From assembly GCF_009914755.1 (NCBI RefSeq), contig NC_060933.1: a stretch of DNA of 64,000 nucleotides. The stretch is one strand, 5' to 3'. Position 1 is the stretch's first letter; each line of letters begins with the position of its first letter. Origin of the DNA: the human T2T-CHM13v2.0 reference genome, Homo sapiens. The notes beneath the pieces are model-generated. The model was not told where the DNA came from, made no database searches, and saw nothing but the letters and a program-made list of their open reading frames with translations. Shown piece after piece: positions 42,293 to 54,817 of the stretch. The position numbers and the translations under genes are program-made.

Positions 42293-43214
42293 CTCCTCTC
42301 CCATTAACTCTAGTATTTCCAGAGGATGAGAACTCAGGCAGTTGTATGTTGAGGGGCCTCTTGAGTACATAGTGGCTTTTCAGTTATCATGACTTTTCCC
42401 ATCTTGGAGTCGTGTCCCAAACCTTGACCTCATGGCTAAGGAGAACAAGTGTGGTTCTGTGCCATTTTCCTTTTCTTAGAAACTGGGTTTCCCAGTTTGA
42501 TGATTGAATGTGCTGACACCGTTTCCCTTTGGGCAGATGGGACTCAAGTTGCCACCGCAAAGCCTGGGGTGGAGACTTGGTCATCATTCAGACATTGATG
42601 AGCTTGGAGCCCCGCTTTCTTTCAGTGACTGCCTTGAGGCTTTCGTGGCACTCCATATGGGCCATTTGGTGCCAGGTATTCCGGCCCTGGGTTTGCCATC
42701 AGTTATGTGGACGGGGCGTTTCATTAAAATTTCCATTAACTGTTTTTTCTTTTTTTAAGCCAGTGAGCAATTTATAGATTCATTAACTTTTTACTACACT
42801 TGTGAAGCCAGGAAGAGGGGAATAAAGGAAATGAAATATTTGGTCCGCAGCATTTCACTAAAAGATGGTGGCCCTTAAATATGGAGGAGAAAAGCTGGAT
42901 AATTAAGGCTGGTTTGAAGAAGCATTTAGGAAGGGCTGGGATCTTCCAGAAGGATCCAGAATTGGAATATCCTGGCAAGGAATACCACCTTTTACCACCC
43001 CTTCCCTGCACACTGAGTAGCTGATCTGTCCTTTTGCTCAAAATGATTGATTTTTTTCCCCACTGGGTGTCTGTCCACCCCCTGATGACAGCCTCTCATG
43101 GGAAGCATACCGCCTCAGGACTAACTCTGACTGTGACTCTGAATGTATTTCCTTGTTTGGGGGTGCAGTCTGACTCCTCATAGTCCTCTCATTGCATTCC
43201 CTTTTGGGGGAGTT

Positions 43215-43375
43215 AGGGATGGCATGATGGTTGAGTGATGGGCCTTGGGGCCAGATAAGCTTGGGTTCAAGTCCAGGCCCTGCTGCTAACTAGCTGTATG
43301 ATTTTGGATAAATGTCTTCACCTCTCTGAAACTTATTTTTTTAATCTATAAAATCATGGTAGTTTTAGGAACTCT
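43215..43375 (+). mobile_element. MIR
   Basis: ggcatgatggttgag…ttgggttcaagtccagg…ctaactagctgtatgattttgg…ctataaaat. Confidence 0.75.
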
Positions 43376-45439
43376 GAGAAGTCTCAGGAAAGTGACAGTA
43401 GTATGTTCTACCACACACTAAGTGGTGAGGACAAAATGGTTTACTAAGGATGCCTGACCCACATTCACATTCCAGACTTGCCATGCAGTTGGACTGCTCA
43501 CCTACAAACATTCTCAATTGAATTCCATTCCCTAAAACAGCAAGGCACATCTCAGGACATCAGTTTCCCCTGTTGGAAAGTAGATGAATAATCTCTAGTT
43601 AATGAGGATGTTGGATGAGATCAGACACATTTAATGAGCCTTTTAGAGTTGCTGGCACATAATAGTATCTTAATACATACTAGCAGTCATATATCTATTG
43701 TGGTTGCAACTACATGCAATATAAAAACTCTGCTCCCAGGGTCTACTGTATTAAAAAGGCAATCGGCTTAAAGATGACTTTCCCCAAGAGCCTCTTAGAA
43801 AGAGAAAATCTCAGTACGTGAACGTACTTCGAGGTCACCCTGTTCGGCTCCCAGGTGGAGCTTGGATGCCCTAAGTGTTGAACTTCCCATTGAAGGGGTG
43901 TGTACCCAGGCCTATCCTCGGGAGAGATGGTTAAAAGCAGGTCTTTGTAGAGTCACAGTCTTCTTCAATCAGGAGTAGCATGGAACCCTAGGAAATCACC
44001 TCATCCTAATACCTGCCTCTATAGATGTACAGCATGAGTATTTGAAAGTATAATGAATTTTTCCTCAAAAGTGGTAATAATGGAAAGCGAAGCAGGAAAG
44101 AGGAAAGTATCATTCAATTTTGAGCCATCCAGGCCAAGTGCTTTTAGGGATATTGTATACGTGCATGTGGTATTTGTTAGTGTAAACTTTATGTAAAGTT
44201 ATATATAGAGAGTTTGATTCTGTTCTTGTCACTTCAGCCAGTTAACCTCTGCTTCTTCCTCTCTGTAACGGAAATCATGACTCCTACCTTGTGAAGAATT
44301 AAATGAAGTAATGGATATAAAAAATCACTAAACAAATGTATGTGGGGGATTGATAGAATATGTTATTCCTGCCTCACTCCAGACTCAGGCTTCCGGGAAC
44401 CTGAGTCATCTTCCCCTTTAAGGATGCTATGTAGACACACTCTCTGTGCTGGGCTGTCTGGTGGGCACTGGGGAATCCAGAGGCACAGCCCCTGCCTGGG
44501 AAAGATGGATGTCCAGCTGTGAAGACAGGTAATAAAAAGATGACTGAGTATAGCAGCCAGTTGATCAATATCTTTTGAATAGTCCAGGCAATAAGTGCTT
44601 TAAGAAAACAGGGGAGGGAGATTGCCCCTGTGGCCTGGAGGAGGTGGGAATGGAACCCAAAAGGAAGGGGAAGGGCCCTTCCTTTCTTTGCAGAATGTAG
44701 TTAAATGAAGCCTTTAGCAACAACTAGGACAAAGAGGTTCTGGGGGTTGAGTCTATGTGGGGTAGGAATGCATTTGCCTTTTATGATACTGTTCAGCAAA
44801 GAGCAAAGATGTCCTGCGTGCCTCTGGAGTGTCCTTGAATGTGGAAAGTTCTAGGGCTCTAGGAGTGGGTTTCCCCTAGCCCAGCTGGTGTCATACTGTG
44901 GTCCCCAGAGCCTCTGATCGTCATCCCTATAGGTCTGGTCAAGGGATGCTTCTAGAGTGTCCACTGGGTGCTTGGGTCTTCTGGGCAGGGGGTTGAGGAG
45001 AGCATTACCCTTTCACATGATGAGTTTTCCGTACTTCTCTCAGCAACACTGGAGTTACAATATGCTAGAAGGATACCCAAGCAACCTACATGTTGGGGGA
45101 CTGGGCTGTGTGGCCAGGCATCCATTTCCCAGACTTCCAGAGTTCTTTAAACTCCAAGCTGTGATTCCACTGGATAGTGCAGAGCATGGTGCAGTTCAAG
45201 ACAAGGCAGTTCTTGCTGATGAGGAGGCTGGAGTCCAAATGGGGGACTGGACTCAGGTGGACTCTTTGGTTAGCTCTGCAGGGCAGTGTCTTCAGGTGGA
45301 TCCTGCACTTCTGGAGTTTCCTATCTGAACTGATCTGTTGGTTTGACCTCAGTTCCATGCCTTCCTTTTCCCTGCTGTGCTCTGTATTGCAAGGGATTGC
45401 ATTTCCTAGGTGCTCTTGCTCTCTGGCCTTCAAAAGTTT

Positions 45440-45850
45440 AACCAGTAGGATGCTCATCAGGAAGACTGGAATGTGAAAAGGGAGGGAGAAGCCTGGGGTA
45501 CTTCTTCTCACCCATTCTCTCCCTCTGGTGGTGTTTTCTGTTTAGCTCCAGCCCTTCCCTCTATGGTCCACTCCCAGTGGGCAGCCTTTTCCATAATTTT
45601 ACTTCTTGCTGGACAGCCCCAGTTTCTGATAACACCATTTCATCCCTTTTATCTCTCCAGGGCTATGGGTGGTAGCAGCAGCTCTCCCATATGCTGATAT
45701 GCCTGGTTTTCTATCTGTCTCCTGTTTGCCTTCTCTATTCACTCATCACCTGTGTTCTCAAATCCTTATATTAAATTGCCTCCATTTAAAGGGCCTAGAG
45801 TGACTTCTCTTTTTTTTTTTTTTTTGTCTATCCTGGACCCTGAAGGCTAT
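45440..45850. mobile_element. ERVL LTR fragment (LTR33/LTR41-like)
   Basis: Ends …ccttatattaaattgcctcc…tcctggaccctga, resembling LTR33-family termini. Confidence 0.45.
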
Positions 45851-46592
45851 TCCCAAATCAGACCCCTTAGAGAGTTTGACTGGCTGTTGCCACCCTGACT
45901 CACCCCGTGGAAGTCACTGTAAGCTCATGACTGCCCTAATGAATTCAAGGTACCAGATTTCCACACCCCACCCCCACACTGCAAAGAAAACAGAATTGTA
46001 GAATAATTTCAAAATAGTCTGGTTGTCTAGATTTCTCAGCAGGCACCCATTGGGATGTGCAGAATTACAATCTTTCATTTCTTCATGGGCCTCTCATTTT
46101 GTAGGAATATGAGTGATTCCTTCCTTTCCAGCTGTGAGAGGAACTATTTTGCGTATACTATTTTGATTTTGAAAAAAATTCATGCAGTTGTTCTCCCCCT
46201 CCCCCTATTTTCCTGGGCTGTTGATCTTGTGATATATTTATAGAGATTGTGGTTGGCTGACCAGGAGTTATTTTGCAATAGGAATTTGTAAGATTTCTAC
46301 TTTGAGTTTGAGCATGTGTTCCAGACTTTTCTCTCTTTAAAAAAAAAAGTCTTACTTAGAACATCTACTTTGCCCTTCTGTAATTATTTCTCTTTCACAG
46401 CAAAAGTAAGCCCTGCACTTTACACATATTTTTTTCTATGTATATTTCTTCTGTCTCTGGTCTTCTTTCTTCTTTGATGTCTCTTTTTACTACATATTTT
46501 AAAAGCCCTCAGCTTCTTTCTTCTATGTGGGAATAGGTTTGCAAATGAAAATGTGACCGGAAGAAGGGTGCTTTGGGGGTCAGGAGGCCTCA

Positions 46593-46919
<327 letters not shown>

Positions 46920-47499
46920 TTAGAGGGGGCAAGCATGCTTCCATCCCCAACTTTACCATACTCACTGCAGACATTAGTAATCAATCACAGCACTCTTTCT
47001 AACCGAGCTCTGCTGTGACCTCAGAATCTTTCTCAACACATGGTCCCAGGCAGCCACTACTAAATGGTTAGAACAGGCCATTCTTAAACTAGATGAAATG
47101 ATTCCTTGGACCCCATTCACCACTCTGGCTCTCTGACTATTGGAACTACAATTCCTTTATGTTTTAAACCAGTTGACTGACTTTTATGAAGCCTCATCTT
47201 GACGTAACACATCCTTAGGCCTAGGTACTATGGAGCCACAGAGAAGCTGAAAACAGCAGGCCACCCTCACGGAAACTACAGTTTGGTGGGGAGCAAGGCT
47301 GCAGAGTGGCGATGTTCTTAGGTGTGCTCAGGCACCTTCTTGGTGCTCTAGGATGTTGTCCTGTGGTCAGGGAAGGCTTCCTAGAGGTGGTTAGAGTAGA
47401 CTGTCGTCTAGGCAGTGAGACAGCCTTAGCAAGTTTCAGAATTAAGACTTGCCCAAATTTTAATAAGTGGTAGTAATTATAGCTAAAGTTAACTACTAA

Positions 47500-47760
47500 T
47501 AAATCATTTTATAAAAAGTAATGATTTATATAGGTAGTACTTATATACTGCTTAGTAAGTGTCAGACGCAGTTCTGAGAGTTTTATGTATTATGAACTGA
47601 TTTGGTCCTCAGTCACCTTGTGAGGTCAGTACTGTTATTATCTGCATTTGACAGATGAAGAAACTGAGTCACAAAGGTTAAATGACTTACCCAGTGACAC
47701 ATAGTATGTAAGTGGTGGAGCCAGGGCTTGAACCCAACCCATCTGCCTGTAGATACTATG
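47500..47760 (-). mobile_element. MIR
   Basis: ttgtgaggtcagtactgttattatctgcatttgacagatgaagaaactgagtcacaaaggttaaatgacttaccc. Confidence 0.85.
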
Positions 47761-48859
47761 CTGGGAACTACTGTGCCAAATAAATCCCGCCGGCCGGAGA
47801 GATCAGAATGTGTTTGGCTTTTTAAAAAGTATATTAATTTTACTTACCACCATCAATGTAATCTTAATGACATCATCCAGATCTGTGGCTCATGTAGTGT
47901 TGTTAGCACTGGCTGAGAATATTATAGACTCTCTATCACTTCATCCACCCAACAGCCGTGGGATGGGGGGATTTTTATCTCTATTTTACATCAGAGGAAA
48001 CTAAGGCTGAGAGACAGGATGTATCGAGCTACTAAGTAGCCCAGGCAGAATTTGAACTCAGGCCTGACTGACTCCAGATGTCAGAGTTGGAATGTTTCTG
48101 AGAGGCCATCAGTCCAGCAACCTCATTGAACAGATGGGTAGTCTGAGGGCCAGAGACTGCCTCTCGAGCAAGTCAGAGGAGGACCTGGTGCTAACAGGGG
48201 TCTCCTAGAGTATAAAGTTCCTCCTCCCTGGTGAGGCCGTCCAGACATGCCAGACATGCCAGCATTACCCTGGCCATATCAAAGGAGGCTGAAGCCTTCG
48301 GTTCACTAGAAGAGATTTGAGGACAGCCTCTTCCCCTACTGCCATACATAGAAATACCTAAGGGGGTGACTTAAAGCCTTGTCCCTGAATTCTGGGTTCA
48401 CCTAATTTGGAGTTTGCAACCCTTTGTATTTATAATAGGTTTTTCTCTCCATGAAGCAAAAGTTTCCTTTTTTTTTTTTTTACCCCCAACCCCCACTTCC
48501 TGCTGATCTGAAGTGAATATTTATCACATATTTAATGAGTAATCTGAGTCTCAGCTTGGTGAGGCTGTACCAGGACATGGTTTATGGCTGATCTGGTTTT
48601 AACTCGCTCCAGGCGGTTTTCCCTAGAGTTTTCTGTAAAATCATAAACCTGGAGAGAGAATTTTTGTGGAATTCAGTCACATGACTCACTCTTTTGTAAA
48701 TTGAGAGATTAACTGTGACTGGAAAGAACTGAGATTCATTTCTTTTTAAAAAAGAAAACAAGCAGAGCAGCATTTATGCACCCAGAGGAGCGTGTCCATG
48801 CTGAAAGACAAGGGGGCAAGTCACTCTCTCCAAGGTCACCCCACCAGCCTTGGAGGCAG

Positions 48860-49330
48860 GATGGCATAGGATTTGAAAATGTGGATTTGGACTCGGAGTA
48901 TCTGGGTTGGAGTCCTGGCTGAGTCTTTCCCAGCTGGTCCCTGGACCCAGCATGCCTCTAAGTCCTCCCCTGCACATGGGGACTGGTGACATCCCCACCT
49001 CTTATGGTAGTTGAGAACATTAAATGAAATGATGCATGCTGTACCCTGAGCCAGGGCTGGCACACGGGAGGTGCCCAGTGGATGCTGGCCACTTCTAGAT
49101 TGCTAGGATTACCTTCATTTGAAGCCCTTTATGTTGAGTTGATGATACTAGCTGGCACTACATAGATGGAAAGACCCTGTTCCAAGCACAACTAGCTCAT
49201 TTAATCCTCACAATGGCTCTGTGAGGTGGGCAGTGGGATCTCCCCATTTTACAGATAAAGGAACGGAGGCACTGAGAGATCATGATGCATCCAGCGTCCC
49301 ATTCACACGTTTGTGCCCAGGCTGATTCCC
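48860..49330. mobile_element. Two MIRs in opposite orientation (~48860-49100 +, ~49130-49330 -)
   Basis: ttgagaacattaaatgaaatgatgcatg…ctggcacac (+); catttaatcctcacaat…ccccattttacagataaaggaacggaggc (-). Confidence 0.7.
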
Positions 49331-49579
49331 GTAAACACTACCCTGTTGTTGCTGCTGGCTTCTTTCTTCCTGGTGTACTGCTGGAGCCTGGGGGCATTTT
49401 GCTTGCTGGTCCCTGGGAGGGAGACCAGGCTTCGCCTTGCCTTAGCTCAGACCTCAGCCAACCCTCCCTGGACTTTGACATCTACCCCCAACTGGTCTTG
49501 GTGTCTGTCATTGCCCTAACCAGCAGCCCATCGGAGGACAGAATTCTGACCATGTTACTGCCCTGCCTGGAGCCCCTGA

Positions 49580-49668
49580 TGGCAGGTGAAGGATATATGG
49601 GAGCTCCCTGCTATCCCTGAGAAACTCTTTTGTAAATGTGAAATTTCTTCAACATAAAAAGTGTTTTA
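49580..49668 (+). mobile_element. L1M 3' terminal fragment (Alu inserted in its tail)
   Basis: gtgaaggatatatgggagctccctg…cttttgtaaatgtgaaatttcttcaacataaaaag. Confidence 0.55.
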
Positions 49669-49956
49669 GGCCGGGCGCGGTGGCTCATGCCTGTAAATCC
49701 CAGCACTTTGGGAGGCCGAGGCAGGCCGATCACCTGAGATCGGGAGTTCGAGACCAGCCTGACCAACATGGTGAAACCTCGTCTCTACTAAAAATACAAA
49801 ATTAGCCGGGCGTCGTGGCGCATGCCTGTAATCCAAGCTACTCAGGAGGCTGAGGCAGGAATTGCTTGAACCTGGGAGGTGGAGGTTGCGGTGAGCCGAG
49901 ATTGCGCCATTGCACTCCAGCCTGGGCAACAAGAGTGAAACTCTGTCTCAAAAAAA
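49669..49956 (+). mobile_element. AluSp/Sq
   Basis: ggccgggcgcggtggctc…aacaagagtgaaactc; TSD aaaaagtgtttta. Confidence 0.97.
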
Positions 49957-50264
49957 AAAAAGTGTTTTAAAAAATAAAAACAACACCTCACTGGGCCAGA
50001 TCTAAGAAAAACCTCACTCTTTGAAACAACATTTAGAACACTTTCTGATCCTGCCCAGCTGGGGGAATAGAATGAACACACATTAATCCACCAGAAACTG
50101 TTATAGTACGTGTTGGACTCATGTGCAGACTGAGGGCCCCAGCCGTGGTGGCACCTGGTACCCTGGGATGGAAACGAAACTGTGCCTTGGGTGGTGAGTC
50201 CCACATAGCCCTGCAGGGGAGGCTGCTGCCTTTACCTCTCTGCGGATTTCCCCCTTTTCCTTTA

Positions 50265-50661
<397 letters not shown>

Positions 50662-52849
50662 TGAAGGAAACGAGGCCCTCTGCACATAATCTAAGACTGG
50701 CAGAGGTTTCTCAACAGCTGCTGCAGTTTATTTAAACAACAACAGCAACAAAAATCTGTGTTCACAGAGCAACTAATATGTGCCGGCGTCTTGCTGGGTG
50801 TTTTCCTCACATTATCTCAGTTGATCTGTGCTGCTCCCAGTAGCTCTCAGTCCTGCAGCTTTCTCTCCTCCACCACCTTCCCCAAACCGCCATCATCTCT
50901 TCCCTGGAAGGGGACAGTGGGCTCTCTGTGCTGGCTACCACCTCCAGTCTGCATACTGCAGCTCGCAATTGCTTTTGGGGTGCATATGCCTTCCAAGTCT
51001 GTCCATAAGCTTCCAGCTCCCTTAGCCTGACTTACAGGACTTACTCATTCCTGACTGTTGACAGTGATGTCAAAGACAACGATGATGATGATGAAGACTG
51101 TATTAGGGTCTGGATCCAATCTGCATGGCTGCCTATCAGAGAGAGAAGAATCCACCTGTACCTGGAAACTCACAAGAAGCAGACAAGACCCACACTGGTT
51201 CCATTCCAGACAGGAATGATTTATGTTTTAACACTGGACCTCAGAGAGCCAGGGCTTGAGAAAGACATAAAAGGTATCATAACTGAGAGGCGTAAAGAAA
51301 GTGGTCATTTTCCCTGGCTTTCCCTTGTAGTTGGAAACTTGGCCAGTCAATCACAATGTCTCTGGGGCCTCCTGCGGAGAAGATGCCTAGACCTGGTTTG
51401 GGGACGGTCTTCACATTTCTGTTCCATGGAGCATTGTGGCCACTCTGCAGCAAATGAAAAGGGGAAAGATCAAACCATTGTTCCTTCCCCTTCAGAGCTG
51501 GAAGCTACCAAGTCCAGAGGGAGGCGTGGGCTCTGGCCTTGGGGTCTAGTCAGGAACTCCTTGTGTGAGCCTGTGCATGTTGGGTGGGTTGGGCCCTTCC
51601 TTCATTGGTGAAGCCTTCAGAGAAGGCTACAACCCAGCGAAGTTCACGGGCCTTGGTTTCCCAGCTGGGCAAGGTGGTGCCCTTTTCTTCACTGCCCTGC
51701 ACGAGGTGCATGTCGCTCCCTGCCATCCAGCCTGTGTTAGCTTTACCTGCATCTACAGTTTTATTCCCCCTGTCGAGTGTGAGCTCTGTGCTTCCTATTC
51801 CAGTATCCCTCTTCATAGAAGCTCTTCCTGACCCTGAAGTCTGTTGGATCCTCTTGTCAAAGATGCTGACGGAACCCAGACTTTTCCCTTCAGAGCACGT
51901 ATCTCAGGTGGTAATTATAAACTGATTGATTGAAGCCATTAAGTCATCAATGCCTGTCCCCTTCACTGTTCTTGTTGCTGTTGTGTCCCCAGTAATTATT
52001 TTAGTTCCCAGCCCATAGTAGGCATTTACATCATAATACATAGTGGTATTTGGGCGAATGAATAAGGAACCAGGTCTGATTCATCTTCGTATCCTCCACC
52101 GGCCAAGGCCTTGCCCAGAATCAAACATCTAATAGGAACTTCATAAATATTTATGGAAAAATGGCACAAACTCATGTGAGTTCCAGCTCTTTCAGGCCAG
52201 GGTCTTCTCTGGCAGCCTCTTGCCACTCCTCAAGCGTGGAACCTAGGGCAGTCAGTGGCTTTGAGTTACCGTGTTCAGTTGGGAAAGAAAACACAAAAAC
52301 CAAGTACAATGTGTTAGATACATACCACTGAATGTGATCTAAGAGGCAAGGACTAATTAGAGAATTTATCATATATTTGGTTTCCAGGAACAGAATCCTC
52401 TTTGTAACTTGCAAAGCTCTTTATAACTTTTTCAGCATTGGCCCTGGCACTTTTAAATGGCATTTTTTAGGGACACCTGGTGAATAAATGCTGGAGCTGC
52501 CTGTGCCTGAGTTGGAGCTCTGTAGCTAGACAGAAAAACAGTTCATCCATATGGTTTGGGGCTAAGTTTTATCCATTGGTTCCATAGGGGAAGGGCCAAA
52601 TATATAGAGGAAATGGCTGTGGACTTGGGGTGAGAAGATGTGTGAACCTTGGCCAAGCCACTGGCGGTGGTATGACCTTGGATAAGTCACTTAGCCCCTC
52701 CACGTGCTTGGTTAATTCTTGGTCAAAGAGGGATATTTAAACCACAGTGTTTTCCCTGCAGGGTTACTGGGAGGATCTCATTCGGCGTAACTTATCTGTA
52801 AAGTACTGTGCTGATGGTTAGTATTCTCATGTGTGGGAGAGATGCAACT

Positions 52850-53662
52850 CCATTTTTCTTGGTGCTAAGGCCCATGATTTTTGGAATCTTCCTTGACTCT
52901 TTCTTTATGTCATACCCCACATCTAATTTACCAGCACCAACCAGTATATTCAGAACTCAACCTTTCCTCACCCTCTTCAGTCCCTGCCACCATCATCTTT
53001 TCCCTGGACTGCTCCGTAGCCCTGCCAGCCTTCTGTTTCCCCCCTGGCCTCATGGTCTCCTTTCAACACAGCAACCAGAGTGATCTTTCTAAAATGTAAG
53101 TCAAAGTATGTCACTTTGCCAAAACCTTCTAGTGGCTTTCCAGAGTAGAAGCCAAGGCTCTTCGGTGGCCTGCAAGGCTCTGCATGAGCTGACCTCCCAT
53201 GATCTCTCCTCCTCTTGTCCTCATGTACTCTGCCCCAGGTATCCTGACATTCTTGCTGTTTGCCAAGCACACCAGGCATGCTCCTGTCCTGGGGTCATTT
53301 GCACTGGCATCCACTTTGCCCCAGACACCACATGGCCAACTCTCTCACCCTCTTACAGTGTTCACCCAATGATGCCTACCCAACTACCCTACTTAAAATT
53401 GCAGCCTGTGGCTCCTCCCTTGTCCCCAGCATTCCTGACCACCCTATCCTTCCCTGTTCATGACTCCCCCGCCTCCCCCACACACCATAGAACTGATTAC
53501 TTTCAAGCATGCTATATGTTTTACTTATTTATTACGCCTAATGTTAGCGTCTCCCCCCACTTGAATGTAATTGCCACAAGGGTATAGATATATCCCAACT
53601 GCCTAAAATGATGTCTGGCATGTAGAAGGAGCTTGATAAATGTTTGTTGGATGAATGAGTGA
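52850..53662 (+). mobile_element. L2a 3' region
   Basis: ttggaatcttccttgactc…caacacagcaaccagagtgatctttctaaaatgtaagtca…aaaaccttctagtggc…tgataaatgtttgttggatgaatgagtgaa. Confidence 0.85.
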
Positions 53663-53863
53663 ATTTTCCTTATTTGAGTCTTGTGCCTCAGTGGAGGAGA
53701 CAGAAAGTTACATGTTAAGTTTTGGGGATTCACTGGCTTTTGGAAAGGAAATAGATATATAAATAAAGCTTGAGTTGTTTCAGACCAACTGTCCTCTAAA
53801 TATTAGGGGACATAGAATCATCCTCTGGGCAGGTCCTGGGTTGGTGGGTGCTTCTTGCAAGCG

Positions 53864-53882
53864 CAGTGCCCCCTGCAGGCCT
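53864..53882 (-). promoter_or_regulatory. Candidate CTCF site
   Basis: Minus strand aggcctgcagggggcactg, a close match to GGCCAGCAGGGGGCGCT. Confidence 0.55.
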
Positions 53883-54782
53883 CCAGGTTAAATGCACTTG
53901 GTTGCACCCACTGCCGAGGTCACATATCTTCCTGCAAGGTTAATTGTACCAGCTGGTCGTTTAAAACAATGTTGATGTTTGTACTAACATATAAAAATAT
54001 ATGAAATATGTATTATGGTGTCGTATGTATTTGGTAGTTTGAATGTAATATTCAAATGTATTGGTAAGAATTAGTAAGCTACAAGACTTCAAAGGGCATT
54101 TGAGCATGCAGAGAAACTCCCATTTCTCTCTGGGTTCATGTTCATGCTTCCCTTCCATAAGGGTGCAGAGAAGCCTGAAAAATACTGACCACTGGGCATT
54201 CAAAATTGTCCCCTAGTGGATTTGACGTCATCCACCCAGAGCCCAGCAGAGTACTTGCCACATAGTAGGTTTCCAAGAACTATCTGCTGAGTGAATAAAG
54301 GAATGATTAATTATTTGAGGTCAATTGATATATTTCATTCAAGCATGATTGCCAATGCACCATTCATCTAAGCAACCTCATTGTCAGTATTTTTTTGAGA
54401 AACAATCATAATTAACAGATTCAACTATATTTGCCGAGTATTTGCCCTGTGCCAGGCCCTGAGCTGGGTGCTGGTGACATGGTCATGTGTGGGATGTGGC
54501 CTTTGGAGGAGGGGCAGCACACACCCTGGGGGGTGACAGACGCTTCAGGAACTGCAGCCCCAGTCCCAGTCCCGTAGAGTTGGTTGATGTCTGCGTGTCA
54601 GCAGTGTTGGGAAAACAATGAACAGGGACAAATTAAATCTAGCTGGGGGAGGAGGGAGCCATTCAATTCTCTAGAGACCAAGTAATTTTTGAGTTGCGGT
54701 GGGGGAGGAAAAGGCAAAATCCTAATTATAGCACTGTGAAAATGTGCTGCGCCAGGTCCATCTTGAGCTTGGCTAGCTGAGG

Positions 54783-54817
54783 CGCCATCTTGGAAATGCC
54801 CCCTCCAAGATGGCGGC
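54783..54817. promoter_or_regulatory. Inverted pair of YY1 consensus sites
   Basis: cgccatcttgga-aatgccccc-tccaagatggcg(gc): 12-bp perfect inverted repeat; CAAGATGGCGGC at 54806-54817 is the canonical YY1 motif. Confidence 0.65.

Noticed and set aside
41906-42372. Six overlapping ORFs rich in Y/I/H/T/C/V
   Set aside because: Artefact of a stop-free dinucleotide microsatellite.
51100-51870. Possible LTR element beginning tgtattagggtc
   Set aside because: Could not match it to a consensus or find a terminal/TSD pair; needs RepeatMasker.
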